The notes under the pieces: generated by a model
Told to the model about the DNA's origin: nothing
Seen by the model: the letters and a program-made list of their open reading frames with translations, nothing else
Database searches by the model: none
Translations under genes and position numbers: made by a program
NCBI GenBank assembly: GCA_001724265.1
Contig: MEDY01000370.1
Location: 1-56,335 of the forward strand
DNA length: 56,335 nt
Direction: 5' to 3'
Source of the DNA: Rhizaria sp. SCN 62-66
Taxonomy: Eukaryota
Shown here: piece after piece, positions 10,260 to 22,526 of the stretch
Layout: the number at the start of each line of letters is the position of its first letter
Position numbering within the stretch: position 1 is the stretch's first letter

Positions 10260-13200
10260 TTATTCTTCATCGTCGTCAGCATCGTCATCATTTTGATCAT
10301 CACCATCAGACTGATGGTCGTCATCATCGTCGAAGTCCGTCCAGTCCTCGTCCCACACGCTGCCAATGCCCTGCTCGCGCGCGTCGAGTTCGGCCACACG
10401 TTCCGCTGCGGCCCTCTTGTTGGCCTCGGTCTGCGCCTCCAACGACGAGAGGTGCGCTGTGTCACGCATCAACTGTCAAAAGAGCAAATAAGCACACGAA
10501 TTCAAATTAAAAGTGGAGAGTTGAGCAACAGTTAGATCGATAAAGATTTGTTGACATAATCAGAAGGAAAACGCAGATTCACAATGAAAATAAACAAATA
10601 GTCGAGTAAATGCACAAGTTAATACCGAAAGGTGATGACGTTGTTCCGTACCTGTTGCATGTTGCGCACGGCGACGAGAAGCCGCGCCCAGTCGCGGGCT
10701 CCCTGCTGCAGCGCTGTCTGGTGAGCACGCTTACGGGCAGCTGCGTCCACCTCCAACAAAGCCTACACAAAAATATCGCAGAACACACAAGAAATGTTAT
10801 GATCATGAGCGAGCGAGTGAATATTGACTGATGCACAGCCTCCAAGTACGAGGTAAGCAAGGTGTGGTCTTGATACGAACCTCATGTAGCACAGTTGCGT
10901 CGTTTGTTGTAACAACAATGCCATTAAAGCGCGGTTCTGCCGGCATTCCACCAAACCCGCGCCGGAATCCGACGACGGCGCGTGCATAGTCAAGTCCCTA
11001 CAAAAGTGCAGGATGAAGCAGAGTGAGCACATGCAAAGGTAAGGTTGTTAGTTAATGATGCGCACAGAACAGCACAGTTTAACGAGATATCAGCTATTTA
11101 AAAATCATTGTCGAGTATTAAGCACTAATATTTGAGTGTCCCTTGACGTACAAGTTCTTCCGCAGTTTTCTCCGCCGCAGTGTGCACGACGTGTACGCAC
11201 CCCGGCGGCACTCCCTTGCCATCCTTATTTACAGCCACGTTGCCCCACCGGTTGCGCGCGATTGCGCTTCCGCCGCGCGGCCCCGCGCCGTCGCGCCGCG
11301 CCTCGCTTTGCAGCGCGTTGGCGTCGGCCAGCCGCGCCAGCTGCCACTCGCCGTAGAGCTCAACCAGCCGGCCCTGTGCGCTGCCGCTCACGGTACCGCT
11401 CGAGGCCTCGCCCGCCGCGCCCCAACCCGCAGTCATTGCCGTGACGGTCGCGCCGGTCCTGCTGTAGCCTGACCTCCCGCCCGAAGCAGAGGACAAAGCG
11501 ACTGCGGGTAGTGCGGTGAAACGCTCGAAGGCCGCGTCCGAGTCAAACGCCGAGGTCGCTGCGCGGTCGAGCGACCGCAGCAGCTGCTGGTTCAGCGAGA
11601 GAGGGCGCGAGCCGGGCAAGTCACGGGGAGTGCCGGCTGCGGACGCGGGGGTTGCGGGCGTTGGGCGCCGGTCGAACGCGAGGGGAGTCGCAGTCGGAAG
11701 CAGCTACAAAGCGAAGAAGCAAAATAGATCATTGCAAAGAAGAAAACATGATATTAAGCCCCATGATCGAGCAGAGACATACTCATTCAATGCACATTTT
11801 TCAAGCCACGTACCTCCATGCCCGACTTGAGCCATGCGTCCTGCGACCGCAGTGTGTGCCGCATGCTCGCGGGAAACACCAAGTGCACTGTCACCACAGT
11901 CGCCTGCTGATCTGTAGCCGGAACCTCCGTGGTTCCAGCGGAATCACTTCCATCAGTGCTGCCACTATTCTTGTTTGAGTCTGCGTTAAGCGCCGCTGCG
12001 GCAGAGACACATAGCAACGTGGGTGTTAGCCCAGGTGCCACGACGGCGAGATCTTCGCTATCACTGACATCTTTGTCGCTGTCATCGTTCATTGTACTCG
12101 CACGTGCGCTCTTTATCCGATTGTTCATTTTAAGAGCAAGCCGTTCTTGCTTGCGTTTGTCACGCAGCCTCTGTTGCTGCTCGATTGCAGCTAACACCTG
12201 TGGATGCTGCCGCTGTTGTCCACTTTGTAAATCAAGTCCAAGACCTTCCAGTCCAATGTTAGCTGCGGCCGCAGTATCTTCACTGTTTGCGTTCGCGTTC
12301 AGCAGTGGCGGCAGTGGCGCAGAGCTAAATGGCCCCAGGATGCACCGACTGCGCAGCGGACGCTTGCGTGCCTTGGCCTCAGGCAGCGCGAGCACGGGGC
12401 CCGTCGTCGAGGGCAAGCAGTACACAATGGGACCGCAGTGGGGACAGATACCGTGGTCGCACGCGCGCGCAACGCCAGCGCATTTCACACGTGAAACAGC
12501 AGTTTTGGCGCCAGCTGCACTGTTTGCGTCCGCGCAATTATTGTTCACATCGATGCTGTTGTCGTCAGCGTCTGTGTCAGCAAGCATGCGCTTCAGCACG
12601 GCGTCAAGCGAATAGTACGCGTCTTCATTACTAGCGCTTTGATCTGCGCTTGTTGTAGTACCGCTTTGAACATTAGCTCGGTTGCTAGTAGGCGGGCCGT
12701 TATTATCACTGTTAACGCTCTTCGTGTTGTTGCTGCTGCTACTTGTGACCGTGAGCGCGCGGCCAATCGCGACGGCTGGGTCCGCCGGGTACAGCGCCTC
12801 ACGGCCCCGCAACGCCGCCACAGTCGCCCACCGGCGGCGGCCGCTGACCGTGAGCAGCTGCGCCAGAGTCAGTCCCACAGGCACGCTCTGCTCTTGCCGG
12901 TCAACCGCAGTCGCCGCGGAGGCTGTGGAGGAAGTGGCAAGCGGCGTGACGTTGGCGCGCGCGAGGACTGTCGCCAGCGACAAGCATGTCGCACTCACAC
13001 TAACATCAGACGAACTCTTCTTGGTGTCGCTGCCGTTGTCATTGTCTGATTCAGAGTCACTGATGACGACAGCGTCTTTCTTCGATTTCTTGTCTTTCTT
13101 GTGCTGCTCCTTTTTGTCCCTTTTGTCCTTTTTGTGTTCCTTACTCGCATTTTCACTCTTTTCATGGGCACTCGCACTCACATCAGCATGGTTACTGTCT

Positions 13201-13988
13201 TGCACCAGTGCTTGCGGGACGCGCGGCGTCTCGCACATCTCGCACTGCGCCAGCTTATAGTGGTTTAGAAACGTGCACACGCCGCACGCCCACTCACTCT
13301 TGCTTGCAGCCGCACTCACACTGCTGCTCACACTGATACTGATACTGTTGCTCAGACTGATACTGTTGTTGCGGCTGAGACTGGCTGTGTCATCAGGCTG
13401 TATCAGACGTCGCTGTTGCTGTTGTTCCTGTTCGAACTGCGCTTGCGAACTCGTGTGAGCCCGCTTGCGCTGCCCGCGATCATTGACAGCAGCAGCTGCA
13501 GTGGCAGCATCGAGCTTCGCTTTACTCTTGCTTTTCTCAACACTTGCTGTGAGTGCAGCGGACCCCGCGCTGGCAGCTGCGGCGGCAGCGGCTGCCGCTG
13601 CGGCCGCGCGGAGTAGAGACGCCGGGGTGTCCACCACCGCCTTAGTCCTGGCTTTGCTTGCAGTTGCGTTTACGCCGGCAGTTGCGCCAAGAGAAACAGC
13701 TTTCGTCGCACTCTTGTTTTGCGCAGCGGAGGCGGCTGCGGAGACGGAGGAAGATGAGAGCCTTAATAGGTCCTGTGGCAAGCCAGTGTCCGCACGCGGG
13801 GGCAACGCGGAATGCGGGGCTGCCGCCGCGGCATTAGGAGCTGCTGGTGCAGAGGTAGAGGCCGAGACAGGAGTTGCAGATCCCGAACTTGACTTGAGAT
13901 TAAGCGTGCTGTTCTTGTTGTCGAAGGACTCCAGGGCGGGGATATCGTCCTCCCATTCGCTGTCACTATCATCAACACGGTCGCCCAT
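10260..13988 (-). CDS. XPC/Rad4-like DNA damage recognition protein with BHD1-3 motifs and a RanBP2-type zinc finger (exons 13988-11814, 11703-11152, 10997-10881, 10762-10652, 10472-10260; TAA stop)
   Basis: HTLRSQDAWLKSG (BHD2-like), ELYGEWQ, ARNRWGNV...VPPGCVHV, LGLDYARAVVGF..GG...PRFNGIVV (BHD3-like), then DWARLL helix and an acidic tail. WACGVCTFLN......CEMCETPR zinc finger. Four phase-0 GT-AG introns. Confidence 0.8.
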
Positions 13989-14521
13989 GCCGAGCAGAGA
14001 CGGACCTGAACCGAGGGGAATGCTCGCAATGTGTTGTCAGAGGGGCTCGGCAGCAACTAACGAGTCTGGCGGAAGTAGGTGTTATCAGACTCCTACAAAA
14101 TCTCGTATGGAAGCAGATATAACGCGGCGCAAGAAAAAGTATAACAAATAAGATATTCAAGCGCAATTGATAAATACGACTCCACACGAATATTACGTTA
14201 ATACCCTTCTCATGGCGTTTTTAATGCATTTTACGTGAAGTTTCTGATGGCGGTCTTCGGGCTGAGGATTTTTTGCGGGTCGAGAATCTTCTTTCTAAGT
14301 TTGTACTTTTCGAGTTACACACGTCGATCTGGAAGACATAATCATTTTATCTACCTGAAATTGTGTCTTAGTATCTATAGTGTTTATTGCAGTTCCAGGT
14401 GACGGTCTCTGGACGCCAAGATGCATTTGAATTTTGATGTCCTATCGTTCTGTAGCCGTTGCGCCCACTTGCTCATTCTACCCTTCCGCCTGCTTTCCCT
14501 TTTCTCTATTCTTTACTGTAG

Positions 14522-15760
14522 ATGAGTGCTGACGCTGCCAACACTACACCTGAGCAAGTACTTGCTCTTACCGCCCCCACCCAGGGTATGTTCACTTCTA
14601 ATACTCGCTTTTTTGTCCTTCGCACGCGCCGCTCTTCGTCATCCATACTAATCCTTCGCTCCCAAACCCGCCTTCCGTTCGTCCCCTTTGTGCTCCCCTG
14701 TAGGATTTCTCTGCCCTCTCTCGGCTAACGTCTACGGCATCGAGTTTGACAACTTCATCGTCAAGAACGGCAACACTAACCAGGTCGTGTTCAAGGTTTC
14801 CCGCCCCCCGAACGCCGGCGCCATGGAGTTCCCCCCCGGGTTCGACATGGATCTGCTGCGTCAGGTCCGCTACCGTTTCCCCATCTCCTTTCTCGACTGC
14901 TCGCAGGTTAACACTTCGTACGTTACGCCGCTTTTGATATTCATTATCACTTCTGTCTTGCTCCTGCGCCGTTCAAGATCGCTCTTTAGCCGAGGATTTC
15001 TCTAGCTGCTGCTATCGGAAAATTCATAAGATATGCACACTTTAGTAATCATAGTTCGAGTTTCAAATTTGCAATTACGATTAGTGACGCGTTCCTTATG
15101 ATATCGTAAAACCTTGCACTCTAGTATTTTTATCTTGCTCTCAATGCACATCTTCTATGTGCACCGCTTATGCAAAAACTCATCTGTTCTCACTTTGTTC
15201 TATCACACTGCTTTGTTTCTCCACGCAGCCTCACCTTCAAGGTCGGCGACAAGCCCGTGTCTAACTTCCGCATGATTGAACGCCACTACTACAAGGACAC
15301 ACTCATCAAGTCCTACGACTTCAACTTCGTCTTTTGCCCGCCGAACTCGTGCAACGGCTGGGACGCAGAGTACGAGTTTCCTGAGCTCGACGACGCGCTT
15401 AGTACGTCAATATCTCCTCTTTAACATCAAAATTTAACACTAGGAACTCGTAACATCTACTGTATTTTGTTTCTCCGGCCAAATATTTCGAAATTCAGGC
15501 GAATCAAGTGCTAAATCATCGCAGTTACTGCTTTGCTGTCTTTTCTTCAACATTGCGCTCTTGCTCATCATTCACTTATCCCATTATCTCTGTTTTTCGC
15601 TCGTTCTGTTTATGGCACAACAGAGGCCAAGATCGCCGCGGGCTCGTTTGAGGACAACCAGGCCGACACTTTCTACTTCGTCGAGGGCAAGCTTGTCATG
15701 CACAATAAGGCATTTTTCACCTACGTCCCCGATAACGAGGCCGACATCAACAACCAATAA
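14522..15760 (+). CDS. UNC119: UNC119 / PDE-delta family lipidated-cargo carrier (exons 14522-14585, 14704-14917, 15229-15401, 15624-15760; TAA stop)
   Basis: TPEQVL.LTAPT.GFLCPLSAN.YGIEF, VRYRFP..FL, FKVGDKPV.NFRMIERHYY...LIKSYDF.F.FC.PNS.N.W, DTFYFVEGKLVMHNKA. Confidence 0.93.
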
Positions 15761-16514
15761 GTGTGGCCGCATCATATCAGCACACGCGCAACGCGAACGC
15801 TCCCTATATGCCCGTCTCTGTGTCTGTCTTTGTCCGTCGTATGAGCGCACTGGGCATTGACGTGAAGAACGGTTTGTTCTCAAAAAGTGATGCGTGAGTA
15901 CTGCGTGACTGCGACGTGTGATTGTGATTGTGGGCAGAAGAAGGGGAAGATGGAGACTTAGGGCAAGCAGGACGAGGACTGCTTTTGCCGCCGCTGTCTC
16001 CCGTGTTTGTTGCGCTTTTAATGCTTTTGCGAAGTTGCAGTAGCTGAGGGCAGGCAAGCGAGTGACGAACATTTTACTTTGATTTAAGTTTTAGCACGGA
16101 TTTTTATTTTTAAAATGTATTTTATGAAAAATAGAGTTATGATTATTATTGTTTTTTCTATGTATGATTTGACCTGAGCACATACCTATAGCTCTATTGA
16201 AGTTTCGCGTCTGTAGCTGTTTATGATCACGTACATATGCTAGTTTACAATGTTCAGCTCAATGCAACGGCTCTCGGCCCGAGTGGTAAAAGGAAAAAAC
16301 GGTCAAGTGGCTAACTTCAGAGGTCTACGTAGCATCGCTGTGTCCGTCACTTAAGCCAATGACAGTTTGACTAGTATAGCAAGTATGTAAAGTTATATTA
16401 TTGATCTTTGTATCCGAGCTAATGTGCGTTTATTACGGTCTATTTCTCACCCCAACCCTCCTGCGTTTTCTTCCATCTCCCTGCTCCTCGCTGCTCCTGT
16501 TTGACGTCTCACAG

Positions 16515-16985
16515 ATGTCCCAGAAGGCCTCCGCCTACGGGACGCAGCCTCGCCCCGGCGGCGCCGGCGGCGACGCGCCCAAGAAGCGCCGCAAGAAGAA
16601 GAAGCGCATTCTGAACGACGCACAGTCGCAGCGCCTGAACGACTTGCAGGCGCGCACGTACATGGACTCACTGCTGATGAAGCACATCGCGGCCAGCGAC
16701 GTGCGGCCCGCATACGAGGCCAAGATTACCCCTGAAGGTTTGACAGACGCGATCAAGCACTACAAGACGTCGTTGCAGCAGGTCTCTGGGCATGCGGAGC
16801 TGGTGGACGCGTTCGTGGAGACGAAGAAGTGGCTCGACGACGAGGCCTGGAAAGAGGAGTGTCTGCAGTGGAAGGAGCGTCAGTACCGCGAGGAGCTGTA
16901 CGGTGAGAAGGAGACCTTCGACCCCAATACCTACGACGACGAAGATGAGGATGAGGACGATGAGAACGAGGAGGGTGGACACTGA
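16515..16985 (+). CDS. Small hypothetical protein with a basic NLS-like motif and an acidic tail
   Basis: GC-rich ORF MSQKASAYG...PKKRRKKKKR...DDEDEDEDDENEEGGH ending in TGA. It is preceded by a pyrimidine tract and CAG acceptor, so an upstream exon is possible. Confidence 0.75.
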   Translation: MSQKASAYGTQPRPGGAGGDAPKKRRKKKKRILNDAQSQRLNDLQARTYMDSLLMKHIAASDVRPAYEAKITPEGLTDAIKHYKTSLQQVSGHAELVDAFVETKKWLDDEAWKEECLQWKERQYREELYGEKETFDPNTYDDEDEDEDDENEEGGH

Positions 16986-17673
16986 GAGACAAGTAGACTG
17001 ACAAACAGCCCTCACTAAACGGCGTCGTAGAAAGCGCATGTCTAACAATCAGGCTTTTTGAGCTTGTCGAATTCTCCAACATGTTACAGATTCACCGTTT
17101 TTTCTAAAGTAGTTTGTTGTATTTGTTTCCATTTCTTTGCGTCTGATGTGCTCAATACGTGACTTAATTGCTGCGACTTAAGGAGCTTGTGCATCGCTCC
17201 ATACTCTCTTTGGGCCGGCCAAACGCTGTGATAATCATACCCAATGAATACAATTTTGTTATATATTGTAAAGTCATTATGTTTGAAGCTTTTGACCAAA
17301 ATTCACGCTCCTTGACTTTGACCTATGTTGGTTCAATCTTGATGATTGAATTAATGATGATTTGTGGTGGGAGCTACCCAGTGGGGTGATAACGGGCGTT
17401 CTGAAAAAGAAAGCGCACTTTCAGGTCATTCCTATCTGTCAGTTAGAAAAACGACGCCTAATTAAAATGAACCGTGGTTATCAGTATACGAGAGTTTATT
17501 TTGACACTGCTTGTAGTCGCGGAATATATCATTTGTTACCGCTTTCCATGATCACATGAGCCTCGCAGTTCGAGCGGTCCCTCCACATTTTGTTTCTGAC
17601 ATTTACTCCTTTCTCTGCCCACTTTTCTTCATGTTTGCTTGCGCATCGTATTGTTCCTAGACCGGTCCCCAGA

Positions 17674-19632
17674 ATGTGCTGCTGTTCGGGCGACGAGGAG
17701 GACACGAAGCTCGAGTTCCGTGACGGCTCCCGCCGTTCATGCACGGACCTGATCATGTTCCTCCTCTTCGTGGCCGCCGCCGCGGCGTCCATCTTCCTCT
17801 TTGTGTACTCCGACGAGAGGGGCGGCAACCCGTACCACACGCTCTACGGCGTTGATTTCAAGGGCGACATCTGCGGCCGCTCCACGCCTGTGGTCAACAG
17901 CAAGTACGCCGCCTGGCCCATCATCCCCAACACTCCCCAGCGCCTTGAGGTTACTGACACGATTTTCGACATCAAGATCTGCGTCCCCAGCTGCGATGAC
18001 ACCAACACCGACACGACCAACTTCCCCGACACGTACCTTTCCACGACGCTGTTCCGCTACTGCGTGCCGACGGGCACTGCGCTGGCTGCCGGCGGCGAAC
18101 AGATCGTCGAGCTGCTCGGCTCCGGCCGCCAGACTGCCGCCCGCGTCATTAACGACCTGTACATCGCCTGGCCCGTGCTCGCGGGCGCTGCGCTCGTCGC
18201 GATCATCTTCTCGTTCCTCTACGTCAAGTGCATGAAGGTCGAGTGCTGTCGCTGCACGCTCGTCGTCACCGTGATCATCCTCGTCATCGCCGGCGGCTTC
18301 CTCACCGGCTGGGGTCTCATTCGCTACGCCAACCGCATCGCAGACGCAGAGCCCGCCGTGCCGAACCGCGAGTTGGCGGCCCGCGTTACTGGTTGGGTCT
18401 GCGTTGGTGTTACAGCGTTGCTCCTGCTCATCATCCTCGCCATGCGCAAGCGGATCGCGCTCGCGCTCGAGGTCGTCGGCGCCGCTGCATGCGCCGTTGA
18501 CCAGATGAAGTCTTTGATCTTCTACCCGCTGCTGCCGTTCCTCTGCCTTGTCGGCTTTATGATCTACTGGGTCTGGCAGGCGCTCTATCTCTTCTCCGTC
18601 AAGGACCGCTACAACCTTGCCATTCCGGCCGGCGTCGGCTACGACACAGTCGCGCAGATGTCAGGCGCCACCACGTACGCGTACTTTAGCTGGAACACCG
18701 ATTTCCAGTATCTGTTTGTGTATCACTTCTTCTACCTGCTCTGGGTGCTGCAGTTTATTGTCTACGCCACTTACTTCACCATGGCCGGTGCCATCGCAAA
18801 CTGGTTTTTCTCCAAGCCGTCGCTTGCGGACCCGCAGCAGCGCCAGGAGGGCTCAGAGCCCGGCCAGCTGCCCTCAACGCCCGTGCTCAACTCGTTCGGC
18901 CGCACGATCCGCTACCACATCGGCACCATTGCGTTCGGCGCTCTGATCATCGCAATCATCCGCTTTATCCGCGCGATTGTGGCGTATATCCAGCGCAAGA
19001 CGCGTGACGCGCAGAACAAGTGCACGCGATGCCTGCTGTGCTGCGTGCAGTGCCTGCTGCGCTGCTGCCAGAAGTGTCTCGACTACATCTCGCGCAACGC
19101 GCTGGCGTGGTGCGCGATCCGCGGCGAGAACTTCTGCGTCTCCGCGTTCCACTCGTTCGGACTGCTGCTGCAAAACGTTGGGAGCTCGGCCGCCATGACT
19201 CTGGTCGGCACATTCCTCATCTTCTTCGGCAAGATCTGCGTTGCCGCCATCACCACGGGCATCGCCGCCATGGTGCTCATGTACGTCTACTCGGACTCGC
19301 GGCTATCGTCGACAGTGATGCCCATCGTCGTGAGCTTCATCATCGCCTATGTCGTCGCCTCGCTCTTCATGGAAGTGTTCGAGACTGCGCTCGACACCAT
19401 GTTCCTCTGCTTCCTCGCCGACCCCGCGGGCGCGTTTGCCCCCGCCAAGTTCACTGCCGCGATGGAGAGCGCGCGCGCCGAGTACGAGGCCAAGGAGGCC
19501 AAGGCGCGCGCCAAGGCTCAGGCTGCGGGCGGCGCCGTGGTTCAGGGCGAGCAACAGCAGGGCGTTGAGATGCAGGGGTACAGTCCCCGCACCGGCAACA
19601 CCGCCAGTGTCACGCCCTACGGCGGCCAGTAA
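17674..19632 (+). CDS. Choline transporter-like protein (SLC44/CTL family), intronless, TAA stop
   Basis: RSCTDL..LLLF, YGVDF.G.ICG, about 10 hydrophobic segments, RYHIGTIAFGALI, Cys-rich CLLCCVQCLLRCC, AI.GENFC.SA, DTMFLCFL.D. Confidence 0.93.
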   Translation: MCCCSGDEEDTKLEFRDGSRRSCTDLIMFLLFVAAAAASIFLFVYSDERGGNPYHTLYGVDFKGDICGRSTPVVNSKYAAWPIIPNTPQRLEVTDTIFDIKICVPSCDDTNTDTTNFPDTYLSTTLFRYCVPTGTALAAGGEQIVELLGSGRQTAARVINDLYIAWPVLAGAALVAIIFSFLYVKCMKVECCRCTLVVTVIILVIAGGFLTGWGLIRYANRIADAEPAVPNRELAARVTGWVCVGVTALLLLIILAMRKRIALALEVVGAAACAVDQMKSLIFYPLLPFLCLVGFMIYWVWQALYLFSVKDRYNLAIPAGVGYDTVAQMSGATTYAYFSWNTDFQYLFVYHFFYLLWVLQFIVYATYFTMAGAIANWFFSKPSLADPQQRQEGSEPGQLPSTPVLNSFGRTIRYHIGTIAFGALIIAIIRFIRAIVAYIQRKTRDAQNKCTRCLLCCVQCLLRCCQKCLDYISRNALAWCAIRGENFCVSAFHSFGLLLQNVGSSAAMTLVGTFLIFFGKICVAAITTGIAAMVLMYVYSDSRLSSTVMPIVVSFIIAYVVASLFMEVFETALDTMFLCFLADPAGAFAPAKFTAAMESARAEYEAKEAKARAKAQAAGGAVVQGEQQQGVEMQGYSPRTGNTASVTPYGGQ

Positions 19633-20406
19633 ACGAGCGCTGCTATGCGCTAGGGCCGAGATGCATTCTCAAATCCCATGCTGTGTGAGTTTAGCTCTAT
19701 ATTGTGACGCTAATGTGTTCTTTCTTGGAAAGCCTGCATACGTCTAACAGCTGATAGCTCTGATGTGGTTGCTGTTGATGATACTGTTGTAGCTATTGAT
19801 GATCTAAATATTTTATACATCCTGGAAGCTCTCACTGCCGAGAGTTCTTCAGTGATACGTACAGATGCGAAAATCACGTTTCACACACGACATCGCATTA
19901 ACTTAACTACCACTTTGCTTTCTCACAAAGCGCACCAACTTCACACTCGACCTTTTGGGAATGATATCAATATGTTTCGTATTCCTATTTTACATATTAT
20001 CTTTCTGTATATATTTCTTGTTCCTTTCTCCTATTTCTCCTCGTCTTCACCTGCCCCGGTTGCTTTTTCAAAGCAAAGCTTTGCAATTGTTTCAATCACA
20101 ACAGTGCTTTGAATTGAAAATCGCACTTTGTGTTATGATAATTTTTATTCTACATAATATCAATACAAACAGATTTGCTTTCATTTCGGCACGCTTCCTT
20201 TTTTGAGCTGTTGCGTTGCGTTCGTGACGTTGCGGTAGTGGTGATTTTAAACTTTAAGTGTATTGCATATTTTTTTTAATAAACTGTATCTAGGTAAAGT
20301 TTTAATGCGTTCACGTTTGCGTCAACTCATTATGATGTTATCAAGTGCATAATCCTCCTATATAGCCATTGTTCATTGATGTCGTCCTTTGCGGGTTGCG
20401 ACGTAC

Positions 20407-22248
20407 TTACTCTAACAGTGACACATCGTTGATCATCACTTTGCCCTGTTCATCCCACTGCACAATACTCACAATCACTGCAGTCGTTGTTGTGCTCGCA
20501 GTCGCCTTGCCCCCACCAGCCGTCGCTTTGCTGCCCACAGTATGATTCCCATTGCTCACAGCCACATCGCTCACATCCTTGCTCAGGCCTGCAGTGCTTA
20601 CACTGACTGCAAGTGCTTCCGCCGCCGCAAGCGTTTTTACCAGCGCATTTCCCACCACCGCCGCCGCAGCCACAGCGCGGCGCGCAGTCTCAGCGACTGT
20701 GAGCGCCACAGCCCGCGGGGTGGTGAGCGGGAAACATAAGGTAAGCCGCGTCGGCAGAGGCGGGAGCGTGCGCTTGAACTCGCGGCTCACGGTCGTACCG
20801 AGACCGAGCCCGGTACTGAGACTTGCGCTTGTGGCGATGACGTTGGCAGACCAGCAAACCCACGCGTCATGGAAGGACTTGGTGTGAGCGTCACTATGAG
20901 TGTCAGTAGTCATGTTTGCTCCACTGCTCGTAATGGAGTTCCTGCAACTTCTGCTCGCTTCACCCTTAGTTACGGCCGTCTCCGCGACTGATGTCTGGGT
21001 CTCAGCCTCAGATTCCGGCTCTGCCAGTTGTTTACACACCAATGCATCATCTGAGGTGCACGCGAAGTTTTTTGTTGTTGTTGATGCAGTGTCCGTGATG
21101 AGCGCAAGTGCACGCGCAAACGGACAGTAATTCTGAGCATTGTTGCTCTGACAGCAGTCACGAGTTCCGGGGTGGCTGTGGGAATCGCAGTGACCGTGAG
21201 CCGCAGAAGTACCCAGAACAGCCCGGTACCGGTCCATAGCAACCACACACTGCTTCAAGGCACTAACAAGCTCGACCTGTGCGCAATTAAGCAACTTTGA
21301 ACATTCAGACGTTGCAAGATCTGCAACAGAGCAAGCCTCTTCAGTATCATGCTCCAGTGAATGTGCGTTGTGATCGACAGTGGACGCTTTGCTGCGAAGT
21401 GTAAGTGTTGCAAGAGTTGTGACTGACTGAACCCACACAGCCCCCTGCGCTGCCAATGTTGCTGCCGGGACAGGCGCTGCCACAGCAGTCAGGCTTGCAG
21501 TTGTAGGAACAGCGCCCGATGCAGCGCAGTTCGCAGTCGCAGACTCAGGATCGTTTGCGAGTGCAACAACCGCCCTCACGCGTGCCGCCAGTCCCGCGAT
21601 TCCAGGCACGATCGCGGCGGCCGCAAACGCGCGCGGCCGTGCCACAAGCCTGCGCGTGAGCTCCAACGCGTGCGGCGACAGCGGAAGAGGCTGCGCCAAG
21701 AGAAGCGTGGCGAGATCGTACCGAGGTAGCCGGTGTGCGATGACGCTGTGGGCGCGGAGATGCCGCGACACGTAGAGCGCGCCTATCCCGCTCACAGGAG
21801 ACGGAAACGGTGGTGTCACGGGAACTGGAGTTCCATGACCATATGTTCTGCGCGTGGCAGTTCGACTGGGGTCAGTGACTGCGAGCAGAGAGTAAAGATG
21901 GCGGAGCGTGAGTGGGAGACCAGAGTCAGCACAGAGCACTTCGACCTGGCCCTGCTCTACGGCGAGGATAGCTTCCTCGGCCGTAAGCACCGACGCGCTG
22001 GCAGGAATGCCAAACCACGCAATGTTCGCGTGAGTGACCAGTGGTTTATCAGCGGGTTGATTGAGAAAGAAGGCTTCGTTAAGACTGGGGCTCCCGGAAA
22101 GGGAAGTGAAGGCCTTGCCGCGTACAAGCACCAGCTCAGCGACATTCGCAGTCGGGTGCCACAGCGCAACCGACAGCAATAAGACGCGGTGCGGCAGCAG
22201 CGTCAGACCCGGAGGAGAGACCTTCTGGAGATCCGGGGCGTCTGACAT
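20407..22248 (-). CDS. Probable tRNA-splicing endonuclease subunit Sen54-like protein
   Basis: W.P....AELVLVRG..F, LTAEEAILAVEQGQVEV....GLPLTL..LYSLL, and LYVSRHLRAHSVIAHR resemble the Sen54 N-terminal motifs (PEEALYL.ERG.L, PLSL..AY.LL, VY..LKR.GY.V.R). The C-terminal VIVSIV strand also fits. Confidence 0.6.
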   Translation of the reverse strand: MSDAPDLQKVSPPGLTLLPHRVLLLSVALWHPTANVAELVLVRGKAFTSLSGSPSLNEAFFLNQPADKPLVTHANIAWFGIPASASVLTAEEAILAVEQGQVEVLCADSGLPLTLRHLYSLLAVTDPSRTATRRTYGHGTPVPVTPPFPSPVSGIGALYVSRHLRAHSVIAHRLPRYDLATLLLAQPLPLSPHALELTRRLVARPRAFAAAAIVPGIAGLAARVRAVVALANDPESATANCAASGAVPTTASLTAVAAPVPAATLAAQGAVWVQSVTTLATLTLRSKASTVDHNAHSLEHDTEEACSVADLATSECSKLLNCAQVELVSALKQCVVAMDRYRAVLGTSAAHGHCDSHSHPGTRDCCQSNNAQNYCPFARALALITDTASTTTKNFACTSDDALVCKQLAEPESEAETQTSVAETAVTKGEASRSCRNSITSSGANMTTDTHSDAHTKSFHDAWVCWSANVIATSASLSTGLGLGTTVSREFKRTLPPLPTRLTLCFPLTTPRAVALTVAETARRAVAAAAVVGNALVKTLAAAEALAVSVSTAGLSKDVSDVAVSNGNHTVGSKATAGGGKATASTTTTAVIVSIVQWDEQGKVMINDVSLLE

Positions 22249-22526
22249 GGGTTGCGTCGGAGCGCAAAGATGGAGCCGGTCTTTGACTGGGTGTAGAGCT
22301 TTTCAAAACAGGTGGGTAGAAGAGCAAGGTGGATCACTATGAAAAATATATTTTATAATAACTTATATATCAGAAACAAAAAACTCAAACCGCAAACATA
22401 ACCGCACACAACGGATACTAAAGCTCACACATATACATGAATCAACGCAAAAGCTCGCCCACTCATTTCGCTCGCAATCAAGTTCACACAGACGGCACAT
22501 CGTTAAAGCCTCAGTCTCTCGCCCAC

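Noticed and set aside
11125-11127. Apparent TAG stop of the 164-aa ORF
   Set aside because: It lies in an intron that starts at the GTACGT donor at 11151; the XPC-like gene continues to a TAA at 10260.
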